19,064 nt of DNA from Promethearchaeota archaeon (GCA_048941015.1 JBHLNZ010000060.1:1-19064), one strand, 5' to 3'. Positions 7,750 to 16,303 are shown, counted from the first letter of the stretch. The notes: generated by a model from the letters alone, not told the origin. Numbers and translations are program-made.

Positions 7750-8478
7750 TTATTTAATTTGTTTTATTTCGAGATCACGGTTGTCTTCTATATTCTTTTT
7801 GGAGATGGATAATTTTAAATTCTCCTTTAAAAATTTATAAGTTTCTGTATGAGTTAAATTAAATATTTTTAAATACTCGTAAGCTAATACTAAATCCTGC
7901 TTTATGTCAATATCAAATCCTGCTCGAAAGGAATCATAAATTACTAATTTTAAATCAAGTCTATTTGCTTCGTTAAGTAAAGCAACTAAAGAAGGAGTGG
8001 TTGGATTGGAAAAGTAAGTTGGTATGATATTTGGTGGATTTCTTCCAAGTAATGATATCCCAGCAGAGTGAATTGCTGGACATAAAACTAATTGATTCTT
8101 TCTTAATAGTGAATAAACTTCATTAAAATTTTTTTTTGATATTAAAATAAGATCAAGAAAAGTAAAAAGAGTCTCACTCGCATTATATTTTTTCAAAGCG
8201 ATAGTGTTTAAATCTTTAATAACATCATCGAAAGATTTTCTTGGTAGTGTTAATCGTTCCTTTATACTTGTAAGGTTGTAATCATCAGCAATTTCAAGAA
8301 TTTCAGATGTATTACAATATACTATTTTTTCATCAAATACTTTTACTTTTAGTAGTGTATTTGCAAGATCTTTAAACATTGAAATCGTTAGTTCCCGTAG
8401 TTGATTTTGTGAAAAACAATCTCTTAAGCGAGATTTTGTTCTAGATAAAGGAGCGATAGGGACAAGTAATACACTCAT
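7750..8478 (-). CDS. cofC: CofC-like 2-phospho-L-lactate/PEP guanylyltransferase (F420 biosynthesis), divergent
   Basis: N-terminal VP..PLSRTKSRL...S...LRELTISMFKD matches the CofC P.K....KSRL...L...M..D pattern. DLILI resembles DLPLL and C-terminal FDIDIKQDL resembles DVDTPEDL. Confidence 0.75.
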   Translation of the reverse strand: MSVLLVPIAPLSRTKSRLRDCFSQNQLRELTISMFKDLANTLLKVKVFDEKIVYCNTSEILEIADDYNLTSIKERLTLPRKSFDDVIKDLNTIALKKYNASETLFTFLDLILISKKNFNEVYSLLRKNQLVLCPAIHSAGISLLGRNPPNIIPTYFSNPTTPSLVALLNEANRLDLKLVIYDSFRAGFDIDIKQDLVLAYEYLKIFNLTHTETYKFLKENLKLSISKKNIEDNRDLEIKQIK

Positions 8479-8521
8479 TATACATGTTAAAGAAAATTAA
8501 GATTATAAGATTATCTTTAAA

Positions 8522-9079
8522 TTATTTTAAATTATTCAAAATCTGAACAGATAAGCTTTCAAATGCTTTATCTACATTCTTATTTAATTTAGCAGAAGTC
8601 TCAAAGTAGGAAACTCCTAGTTCTTTTATTTTTTGTTCAATTATATCTTTTGGAACCTCTCTTTTTAAGTCAGATTTATTACCAACTAAAATATAAGGAA
8701 CTTCTCCACTTAATTCATTCAACTTTTCTATCCAAAAATCTACATTTTTAAAGGATTCATAACTCTCTAAGCCGAAAATTACCATAGCCCCAACAGCTTG
8801 TACGAAGTAATATTCATTTGCAAAAAGTCCTTGTCTCTGTCCTCCAATATCCCAGAAGTATAGCTTAAAGCCCTTTTCTTTAACATCTTTTTTCAATTCT
8901 TGATTTGTAATCTCTAATCTATCAATAATTTGACTTAAATCAATTTCTTTTATTAAGAAATTAGCTCCTATTGTTTGATGATATTCTTCACTAAATTTTC
9001 CATCTACATACTGAGCTAAGAGACTTGTCTTTCCAACGTTAGGATCTCCACAAAGAATTACTTTTCCTCGATATGAAAT
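8522..9079 (-). CDS. Rab-like small GTPase (Ras superfamily), about 185 aa, start codon non-canonical or uncertain
   Basis: The frame extends upstream of the track ORF: SYRGKVILCGDPNVGKTS (G1), TIGANF (G2), WDIGGQ (G3), GNKSD (G4), ETSAK (G5). It is bounded by an in-frame TAG at 9094-9092. ATT at 9079 is the only start-like codon before G1. Confidence 0.9.
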   Translation of the reverse strand: MSYRGKVILCGDPNVGKTSLLAQYVDGKFSEEYHQTIGANFLIKEIDLSQIIDRLEITNQELKKDVKEKGFKLYFWDIGGQRQGLFANEYYFVQAVGAMVIFGLESYESFKNVDFWIEKLNELSGEVPYILVGNKSDLKREVPKDIIEQKIKELGVSYFETSAKLNKNVDKAFESLSVQILNNLK

Positions 9080-9181
9080 ATCTTTCTCCTCCTATCTTTT
9101 ATCCCCTATAACTATAATATAATTATTTTTCATTAAATATATTTGTTTTATTTTGATTTAATTACCAGGGTTTTTTAATTA

Positions 9182-10033
9182 TTATTGAATTGGTTTTTTT
9201 GTTGTTGTTAACTTTATCTCTTTACATTCTGAACTAATAAAATGTTTAAACAAATGTTCGTAACCCATTATTTGTTTTCTTTTTCCATTTTCAAGCCATA
9301 GACCAGACGTGTACTCGGGAGCTTCTTTAACTTGATCCAAGGTTGTAAGAAGAAAATCATCATCAGCAATCAATAAACCAAAAGGAATAACGCTATCTCC
9401 TTCAATGGAATGAATAATTACAGATATTTTTAATAATTTTTTTATTTCTTCTTTTAAAGAATCAAAATACTTTAACGCAATAATAATTTGAATATCAGTA
9501 GAAAATTTTTTGTTCCATAATTCTCTTAATATCCATTCAAAGCCTCCTAATTCTTCCATTAATAAATCGGGAGTAATTATAAAAAAGATACGTTGTTCAG
9601 CACCACTTATTAGCTCTTTTATTTTTTTCCTTATTTTATCACTTGTGCTTATTGCCCAAACTCTCGGTTCAGTCTCTTCTTGATCGATTTCTAATTCATT
9701 GATTGCTTTTTCAATTAATTTGGTTTCATCAATTTTTTGCTTATATTCATCTCGAATCGACTTAAAAATCCTTTCGATGGGAATTATCTGATAATTTGCT
9801 CCTCTTTTAACTGGCTCCTTTTGGATAAATCCCCTCTCGATCAATCTATTTAAGCTATCATAAACTCGAGCACGGTCAACTCCAGAAAATCTGGCAATAT
9901 CGGCTGGGCTTAAGATTTTATACTTTGCGAGAGTTAAGAGAACTTTTGAATCATTTTTCGTAAAGCCTAAAGTTTGAAGGGCTTCTTCGATGTTAGATTC
10001 ATCCATCTCTTTGGAATTATCAGATATTATCAA
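9182..10033 (-). CDS. TrmB-family transcriptional regulator
   Basis: N-terminal wHTH (LQTLGFTKNDSKVLLTL...SPADIARFSGVDRARVYDSLNRLIERGFI), a coiled linker and a TrmB effector-type domain (I.GAEQRIFFI...LLIADD). The start may instead be ATG 10006. Confidence 0.88.
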   Translation of the reverse strand: MIISDNSKEMDESNIEEALQTLGFTKNDSKVLLTLAKYKILSPADIARFSGVDRARVYDSLNRLIERGFIQKEPVKRGANYQIIPIERIFKSIRDEYKQKIDETKLIEKAINELEIDQEETEPRVWAISTSDKIRKKIKELISGAEQRIFFIITPDLLMEELGGFEWILRELWNKKFSTDIQIIIALKYFDSLKEEIKKLLKISVIIHSIEGDSVIPFGLLIADDDFLLTTLDQVKEAPEYTSGLWLENGKRKQIMGYEHLFKHFISSECKEIKLTTTKKPIQ

Positions 10034-10213
10034 TGATCAAATCAAAACGTTTTTTATTTAATATAAATGTAAACTGAAATATTCTATTTTAATCTTTATT
10101 TTTCAAAATTATATTTAGATCTGTTAGGATTAATTCAAATTCTCAATGTAATTAGTTATATTTAAAAATTTTGATCTAATTTTAGTAATTCCAAATATAT
10201 GCTGTAATATACC

Positions 10214-10233
10214 ATTAACGGATTAACGGATTA
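10214..10233 (+). repeat. Short tandem repeat (ATTAACGG) x2.5
   Basis: ATTAACGG ATTAACGG ATTA read directly in the trmB-histone intergenic region. Confidence 0.7.
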
Positions 10234-10561
10234 CAATAATTTGATTTCTAACATTAAAATACTATTATTTTATAACTAGGTGTAAAAAGAGAAAACTTTA
10301 GACGAAAAATTAAGTTCATTATTTAAATTTTGATTTATTGGATTATGTAAAAAATTCAAATAGAATTTTAAGTTACCAATTAAAGATTGAAGATTCTTGT
10401 TGAAATTATTTTCTCGTGAAAATTAACAGTCAAAAAAATTTTATTTCCTATTTAATAAAAATTAAAAATTTATTTTAATAATGAGATTTTGTCGGACATA
10501 ATATTTTTAGCACATTGCAGATCTAAAAATTTCAATCAATGAAATGTTCTAAAAGTAGGAT

Positions 10562-10584
10562 TTCGAAACATAACATTTATATAA
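10562..10584 (+). promoter_or_regulatory. Candidate BRE/TATA promoter of the histone gene
   Basis: TTTATATAA at 10576-10584 preceded by a CGAAA-containing segment. SD GGAGG at 10651-10655. The AT-rich background lowers specificity. Confidence 0.45.
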
Positions 10585-10663
10585 TAGAAATTCGTAGTTA
10601 TAATTAAATAAATTTAAAATAAAATAGAAAAAAAAACACACAAATTTAGTGGAGGAATAAAAA

Positions 10664-10900
10664 ATGGCTAAAAAGAAACCAGCACCAAAGAAAAAGGCTG
10701 AAACATATATTGCTAAAGCACCAATCAGAAGGTTAATGAAAAAGGAAGGAGCCGATCTTGTTGCTGCTGAAGCTCTAGATAAATTAATTGGTTTTCTTGA
10801 GAAAAGTGCTGCAAACGCAACTAAAGAAGCTATAAAAGTTTGTAAGGCAGACAAGCGTAAGAGAGTCACTGCAGCCGATATTCGAAATGCTACAAGATAG
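10664..10900 (+). CDS. Archaeal histone with Lys-rich N-terminal tail
   Basis: Histone fold IAKAPIRRLMKKEGADLV..EA...L...LE...A...K.A......KRKRVTAADI, preceded by MAKKKPAPKKKAE. Strong SD GGAGG. Confidence 0.95.
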   Translation: MAKKKPAPKKKAETYIAKAPIRRLMKKEGADLVAAEALDKLIGFLEKSAANATKEAIKVCKADKRKRVTAADIRNATR

Positions 10901-10923
10901 AAAGCTTTAATTGTTAAATATAT

Positions 10924-10949
10924 TTGATTTTTTTTTCTTTCTATTTTTA
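10924..10949 (+). terminator. Candidate oligo-T archaeal terminator after the histone gene
   Basis: Long T-tracts (GATTTTTTTTTCTTTCTATTTTT) about 25 nt after the stop, between convergent genes. Confidence 0.5.
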
Positions 10950-10955
10950 ATTAAA

Positions 10956-11477
10956 TTATTTGAAATCATTAAAAAAATCTTGATTTAAATATTTCTTAAT
11001 TTTTGACTTTAACTTTTCTTCTACGGAATTTAATCCTTCAGGAACGACTCTTGTTTTCCCTACAATGTCTATATAACCTAATTCAGCACCATAACGAGGC
11101 ACTAGGTGAAAATGTAAATGTTCTATACTTCCTCCGGCAATTTTTCCTTGGTTAATTCCAACATTATAACCCTTTGGATGATATGTGTCATCTAATAAGA
11201 TTTGCAAACCCTGAATCGCTCTTATTATATGATTTGATTCCTCCTTTGTTAAATCGGATAATTTGATGATATGTCGATTAGGAATAATCATTAAATGCCC
11301 CGGATTATATGGATATAGATTTAGAGAAATGAAAATTAAGCTATCCTCATATATTTTTAGATTAATAACTCTTTCATCGTTATCTCGTATAGAACATAAA
11401 ATACAATCTATATTTGGTTTTGCTTTTCCTTGAACATAATCTAATTTTCCTGATGCTCTTAACCAGTTTTCAAAAAT
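10956..11477 (-). CDS. HIT-family nucleotide hydrolase (Ap4A hydrolase/phosphorylase-like), about 173 aa, probable ATT start
   Basis: Histidine triad HLHFHLVPR, YNVGINQG..AGGSI. The frame extends upstream of the track ORF through NLYPYNPGHLMIIP and DCILC to (M)FENWLRASGKLDYVQGK. In-frame TGA at 11486-11484 and no ATG/GTG/TTG in between. Confidence 0.9.
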   Translation of the reverse strand: MFENWLRASGKLDYVQGKAKPNIDCILCSIRDNDERVINLKIYEDSLIFISLNLYPYNPGHLMIIPNRHIIKLSDLTKEESNHIIRAIQGLQILLDDTYHPKGYNVGINQGKIAGGSIEHLHFHLVPRYGAELGYIDIVGKTRVVPEGLNSVEEKLKSKIKKYLNQDFFNDFK

Positions 11478-11501
11478 AAAATATCACTTTAATTAAAATA
11501 T

Positions 11502-12023
11502 TTAAGAATATAATGAAAAATTAGATGTAAAATCTTTTTCTTCATCAGGTTTAACTTTTCCAAAACAATATTCAGTTAAAATCATATTAGAATATGCGGC
11601 ACATGTAAATACTTTACGGATACTTTTATAAAAAGAATTTTTAGAAATTGTCCCATCTGTTTTTAAAAATATTTGATCACTGATTTCATATCTATAATTC
11701 TGAATATCAATTCTAAAGAATACATCTTTTATTAGAAAAAATTTCCTTAAATCCATAAAAAATTGTAATTTCTTGCTTTCTTCCAAAGCATTCAAAGCTT
11801 CTACATGTTGAGGAGCAATTTGAATTGGATTTGAAATTATAATTAAATCCTTATTCTTAGGTTTAGCTGTAATCATTTTTTGTGCAATTTGACCGGGAGG
11901 AAATACAAATTGGAAACCAAATTCTAGCTTTTTATTAGTATCAGGTAATTTTTGCCTTAAAAGACCTTCATCTAATAAATATTCCTGTATTAAATCTTTT
12001 ATTTTTCTTTCACTATTAGACAT
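11502..12023 (-). CDS. DUF2299-like conserved archaeal protein
   Basis: I.EYLLDEG...F.F.F.FPPG....PKNKDLIII...I.IAPQH pattern recalled for DUF2299. Confidence 0.65.
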   Translation of the reverse strand: MSNSERKIKDLIQEYLLDEGLLRQKLPDTNKKLEFGFQFVFPPGQIAQKMITAKPKNKDLIIISNPIQIAPQHVEALNALEESKKLQFFMDLRKFFLIKDVFFRIDIQNYRYEISDQIFLKTDGTISKNSFYKSIRKVFTCAAYSNMILTEYCFGKVKPDEEKDFTSNFSLYS

Positions 12024-12088
12024 TTTATATCCAAATAGAAAAAATGATGCGCTCTATTAAAAATTAATAAAAATAAGAAGTATGAAAT

Positions 12089-12451
12089 TTAATACTTACC
12101 TCGAGGTCTTGGTTGAGGTAGAATACCTGCGTTCTTAAGTTTCTCTATATTTTTTTCTAATGTCTCAATAGGAGTGCAATAAATTACTTGTAACGTATCA
12201 AAGTCGATAAACATTTTTCCAACAATCCCTAATCCCATAAAATTATTATTTTTATCGACAAAGGTGCTATCGATATCCATCTTTATCGCCTTTTTACTCC
12301 CTTCAAGTTCTACTAGTTTTGGCTGGCAAGCGGTAAAACCTCCACCTCTATTTTTTAGGAGATAATTCATAAGCGCATAATCTAATTCATCATTTATTTC
12401 TCCATGTTCTTGGAGTAATTGTACCACTTGAGGTTCATTTTGAAGAGACAT
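12089..12451 (-). CDS. Hypothetical protein
   Basis: 120-aa ORF tightly packed in a minus-strand run. No motif recognised. Confidence 0.75.
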   Translation of the reverse strand: MSLQNEPQVVQLLQEHGEINDELDYALMNYLLKNRGGGFTACQPKLVELEGSKKAIKMDIDSTFVDKNNNFMGLGIVGKMFIDFDTLQVIYCTPIETLEKNIEKLKNAGILPQPRPRGKY

Positions 12452-12469
12452 AATTTAATTTAAAATTCT

Positions 12470-12730
12470 TTAAGTTCTTTTATCAATTTGAACTCTATCT
12501 ACACTATGTAAAGCACAATTCATATTTTCCAGAGCATCTTTAATAGTTTCAAGATCTAATTTATCTGTCCCTTTAATTGTTATGAAAACAGAAGTAGTTT
12601 TCTGATCTATCTCATCAGTTTTTATCTGAACAAATACAACACCCTCGATCTCTTGTAAAGCTCTTGCAAGTTCAAAATTGGAAGGCTGATGAGGTTTAAG
12701 CACATCTAAATCAAATTCTACTCTACCCAT
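12470..12730 (-). CDS. DUF211-family protein
   Basis: LDVLKPHQPS, EID..T, ITIKG and LHSVD motifs. Confidence 0.85.
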   Translation of the reverse strand: MGRVEFDLDVLKPHQPSNFELARALQEIEGVVFVQIKTDEIDQKTTSVFITIKGTDKLDLETIKDALENMNCALHSVDRVQIDKRT

Positions 12731-12825
12731 TATTCTAGATTAAACCTTTAGTTTGAGTTATTAAAATTTTAAATTTAAATTACCTTAATAATAGTTTGAA
12801 TTCTATTTATAATTTTTTTATTCAA

Positions 12826-13515
12826 TTAAAATATTTTTTTTAGAGTTTTAATAATTTCAGAAGGAATTTCACTCTGTTCAATAATTTTATCTGCTTTTTT
12901 AAAAGATTCTCTATCTAATAAAATTGGCAATTTTGTATTTAATGCGATTGAGTATGCACCAACTTGAAGTGCCGCTTCAATATCCCTTCCAGAATCTCCT
13001 ATTATGACAATCTCACTTGGAATCAAATTGAGTTTCTCGCAAATATATTTAATATGATCGGGATGGGGCTTTAAATTCTCAACATTATCCCGTCCTGCTA
13101 TTACTTCAAAATATTTATCAATTTTCGCTGTTTCAAGAGATATTTTCGCATTATTATACGTATTGTAAGTAAAAATTGCTTGTTTTAAGTTTTTCTGTCG
13201 TGCAAATTCAAGCACTTTGTCTATTCCTTCTATTAAACTTGCTTTAATTGCAGCTTTATATTCAACTTGTATAATTGATTCATTAACTTGTGCCATAATT
13301 TCAGCTATCTTTTGAGATGAAAATCCTTCTTTCTTAAAGATCTCTCGAGCAATCTTTACATTTTCTAAAATTGGTTTTTCTATTGAAAGCAATTTTTTAG
13401 GAATACCTGAATGTTTTAAAATATTGATTGCAACTCTTCGAGCTTTAATAGAATTAATCTTAAAATGGATGAGTGTTCCATCCAAATCCCAAACTAGTGC
13501 TTTAATAGATCTCAT
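12826..13515 (-). CDS. HAD-superfamily hydrolase (phosphoglycolate phosphatase-like)
   Basis: WDLDGTL (motif I), FTYN (II), KPHP (III), IGDSGRD (IV). Confidence 0.92.
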   Translation of the reverse strand: MRSIKALVWDLDGTLIHFKINSIKARRVAINILKHSGIPKKLLSIEKPILENVKIAREIFKKEGFSSQKIAEIMAQVNESIIQVEYKAAIKASLIEGIDKVLEFARQKNLKQAIFTYNTYNNAKISLETAKIDKYFEVIAGRDNVENLKPHPDHIKYICEKLNLIPSEIVIIGDSGRDIEAALQVGAYSIALNTKLPILLDRESFKKADKIIEQSEIPSEIIKTLKKIF

Positions 13516-14088
13516 TTAATAAACCAAATCAGAATAAATGGGTCCTTTTGGGGTTAATACTGACTTCTTTAACTTAAGCTGATTAATCCTAAATGTTCCA
13601 AATTCTAAATTTCTAGCGTCTTGAATTAATTTCTTAAAAGTATTAAAAGTTTTATAGTTAATTTTATTACTTTTCAATCTTCCAATAGTTAAATGTGGTT
13701 TGAAGGTTGTTCTTTTATCAAATTCAGTATTAAGTTTTTCATTTAAGCTTTTTTCAGTATTATCTTTTACTTTTTGTAAAAAATTTATATCTCCATTTAA
13801 CTTTATCCATAAAACCGAAAACTTATTGAATTGACCAGCCCCTTTTAAAAAGTATTCATATGATTGCCCTTTGAATACTTTTTCATTTATATCCTCTTGA
13901 ATTATCTTATAAATTTTTGGAGCTAATGATTCTGAGATATCTCCCAGAAATTTAACTGTAATATGAAGATTTTGAGGTTCAACAAGTTTAAGTTTGGGCT
14001 GATTCTGTCTTAATCGAGTAGTAAATAATGCTATTTCTTTGATAGTTTCTTGATCTTTTAATTCCATGGCAATAAATGCTCTAATCAT
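13516..14088 (-). CDS. thpR: RNA 2',3'-cyclic phosphodiesterase (2'-5' RNA ligase family, 2H phosphoesterase)
   Basis: RAFIA start, two HxT motifs (LHITVKFLG, PHLTIGR) and C-terminal S.LTPKGPIY. Confidence 0.93.
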   Translation of the reverse strand: MIRAFIAMELKDQETIKEIALFTTRLRQNQPKLKLVEPQNLHITVKFLGDISESLAPKIYKIIQEDINEKVFKGQSYEYFLKGAGQFNKFSVLWIKLNGDINFLQKVKDNTEKSLNEKLNTEFDKRTTFKPHLTIGRLKSNKINYKTFNTFKKLIQDARNLEFGTFRINQLKLKKSVLTPKGPIYSDLVY

Positions 14089-14094
14089 CGCTTT

Positions 14095-15237
14095 CTAATC
14101 CTTTAATTTTTTTTTCCAATAATTTTGAATTTTCCATTCTTTTTTAGCCAGAATTTTTTTCTGTTCTGGTATTATATGTATATTTTTTAAATCTTCTAAA
14201 TTTGATGATTCTATGATCTTGATAATGTCTTTTAGAAACATAATATTCATCTTTCCGCGGGTATCAGCATCAGCAGAAGCATTATGAGGCATAAGAATCA
14301 TTCTAATTTCCGGTTGATTTTCTTTAATATGCTTAAACCTCATTAGCGTTCTGTGATCAAGTGGTTCATTAGGATAAACATCAAATGAAAGATTGATATG
14401 AATTTCTTTTTTTTCGAATAGATCTAATAAATCATCTAAATTTAAGATACCACCTCTAGCTGTGTTTATTAATAAGGAATTTTTCTTCATTAATTTTAAT
14501 AATTTTCTATTAATTAAATTTTCAGTATATCTATTTAACGGAATATGTAAGCTAATAATATCTGATTCTTGAAATAAGATTTCTAATTTTTCAATATACT
14601 CAATATTAGGATATTGCTTTTCAAGATTAATACGTTTGATTATATCATAATATTTGATTTTGATATTCCAAGGATAGAGTCTTTTCATTAACTCTGAACC
14701 AATTTCACCCATTCCTACAATTCCAAGAGTTTTATTATTCATAACTGAAGACAAATTTTGATCTAAATCCCATTTATCCGTTAGATCCCATTTTCCTTCC
14801 CACACATACTTGTGAAGATCAATAATATTTCGTAAATTCGCCAATATTATCGCGATGGTATAATCTGCTACAGCCTCATAGAGAACGCTAGGAGTATGAG
14901 TAATTATAATGTTATCTTTTTCAGGTTTTTGAATATGGTTATATCCTACTGTAGAAGTACAAATAGCAAAGATATTAGAGCTCTCTATTATTTTTTTAGG
15001 GATGAAATGACTTAAATGGCATCCAATTATATCAGGATTATAATTTTTTATGTCTTTTTCAAGATCAGATTCTGTAGGAAACCTTCCTTTAAATATTTTT
15101 GATTGAGAAATTTTATTCAATCTTTCCCAGAGAGTTTTAATTTCTTTTCGAATTTCTTGGTTAATTTTTTCGTTAGATCCAAGTTCTTCAGAAGTAAAAA
15201 CATTGGAAGTAAAATATATTTTTGGTCTATAAGTCAT
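14095..15237 (-). CDS. D-isomer-specific 2-hydroxyacid dehydrogenase (glyoxylate/hydroxypyruvate reductase-like)
   Basis: VGYNHI, THTPSVL..AVAD, GIVGMGEIG, SLHIPL, INTARG, DVYPNEP, PHNAS. Start is ATG 15237 or TTG 15243, the latter overlapping the upstream stop. Confidence 0.9.
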   Translation of the reverse strand: MTYRPKIYFTSNVFTSEELGSNEKINQEIRKEIKTLWERLNKISQSKIFKGRFPTESDLEKDIKNYNPDIIGCHLSHFIPKKIIESSNIFAICTSTVGYNHIQKPEKDNIIITHTPSVLYEAVADYTIAIILANLRNIIDLHKYVWEGKWDLTDKWDLDQNLSSVMNNKTLGIVGMGEIGSELMKRLYPWNIKIKYYDIIKRINLEKQYPNIEYIEKLEILFQESDIISLHIPLNRYTENLINRKLLKLMKKNSLLINTARGGILNLDDLLDLFEKKEIHINLSFDVYPNEPLDHRTLMRFKHIKENQPEIRMILMPHNASADADTRGKMNIMFLKDIIKIIESSNLEDLKNIHIIPEQKKILAKKEWKIQNYWKKKLKD

Positions 15238-15239
15238 AA

Positions 15240-16202
15240 TCAACGCTCAATTTTTCCAGGAAGGTAAAAAGCATATTTCTTTTTAAAAACTTTAATTTTA
15301 AGATACCTGTCAAATTTTCTCACGCTTTGAAATATAACCCACATATTTGCATCACTTTTATAATATTTTTGAACTTCCTCCAAAGTTATTGGTTTTATTT
15401 CAAAATCATTAGCTTCCTTTTCAAAAAAATTATTAACAAGCTTTATTAACCCTGGAATTAATTCCGGTTTTTGTTCTTTAAAAAAATTAGCTACTAAATC
15501 TATAGTCACTTTTCTCCAATCATAATACCTTCCAACAGTTTCTCCAAGAAAAAGTGCTTTCAATAACCATCTTAAAAAAGAGGGGGCACTTTTTAAAAAT
15601 AACTCTGCCTGCATTGCTTCAGCACCATTTATTCTAAACATTGGTGTACTTGTATCCAAATAATAGAGTTTTGTATTTGACTCTAATTTTGGATTATTTG
15701 GATTATATCCAATTACTGCGAAATTGGATATCTGTCCATCTAAACCCAAATCAATTTTTTTATTATTTTTACTATAAGACCATACCTTTTTCATTTCTCG
15801 CATAGCTAGCAAAATTAAAGTTTTAATATCAGCGGGTGGGAGGTTATGAATTACTTTATTTCCTACTGATTCTGTTGATATTTTTTCTTGAACGCAATAA
15901 AATTGAATATTACCATCGTCATCATAAAACCAAGCAATATCGTACTTAGGAATATTCAAACCCACATCTTCTTTAAGAATACGATTATATTCATTATATG
16001 CCCAGATGTGCCTTCTCACTTGATCCTCATTATCGAAGATTGGGATTCGCTTATAAGCTAAGTGTTCTGGATCTGCTAACATTTCAAAAACCAGACTAAT
16101 TTCTCCATATCCCAGAATTTTAATGGGTACTATCCCCCCTTCGGGGTTACTTGTATCAATAGATCTCTCAAGTTGCTTTAAAAGTTGAATATCGAGTTTC
16201 AT
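15240..16202 (-). CDS. DUF6206-like protein with protein-kinase-like motifs
   Basis: LGYGEISLV, AYKR.P.F, YCVQE, GLDGQISNF, YLDTSTP. The family name is recalled from memory. Stop is TGA. Confidence 0.7.
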   Translation of the reverse strand: MKLDIQLLKQLERSIDTSNPEGGIVPIKILGYGEISLVFEMLADPEHLAYKRIPIFDNEDQVRRHIWAYNEYNRILKEDVGLNIPKYDIAWFYDDDGNIQFYCVQEKISTESVGNKVIHNLPPADIKTLILLAMREMKKVWSYSKNNKKIDLGLDGQISNFAVIGYNPNNPKLESNTKLYYLDTSTPMFRINGAEAMQAELFLKSAPSFLRWLLKALFLGETVGRYYDWRKVTIDLVANFFKEQKPELIPGLIKLVNNFFEKEANDFEIKPITLEEVQKYYKSDANMWVIFQSVRKFDRYLKIKVFKKKYAFYLPGKIER

Positions 16203-16303
16203 TATTAATCATTTTTGTAATTAATAATTAAAAAATCTGATTTCTGAACTTATAAAATTATTCGTTTTTTAATTTATACTTGATTATATTTAGGGTTTAA
16301 AAT

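Noticed and set aside
9092-9094. TAG before the GTPase as pyrrolysine or readthrough
   Set aside because: No canonical start or protein-like sequence upstream in that frame, and no pyl evidence in the window.
10034-10663. tRNA (including tRNA-Sec), CRISPR array or replication origin in the long spacer
   Set aside because: No GC-rich cloverleaf, no spaced repeats, no ORB-like G-string repeats and no adjacent cdc6/orc1.
10549-10869. 106-aa hydrophobic minus-strand ORF resembling a membrane protein
   Set aside because: Antisense to the histone gene and its A-rich leader. The hydrophobicity comes from reverse-complemented Lys codons.
11484-11486. TGA upstream of the HIT gene as another Sec codon
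   Set aside because: Not at a Cys-homologous site, lies in the short intergenic gap as part of an SD-like GTGA, and has no SECIS nearby.
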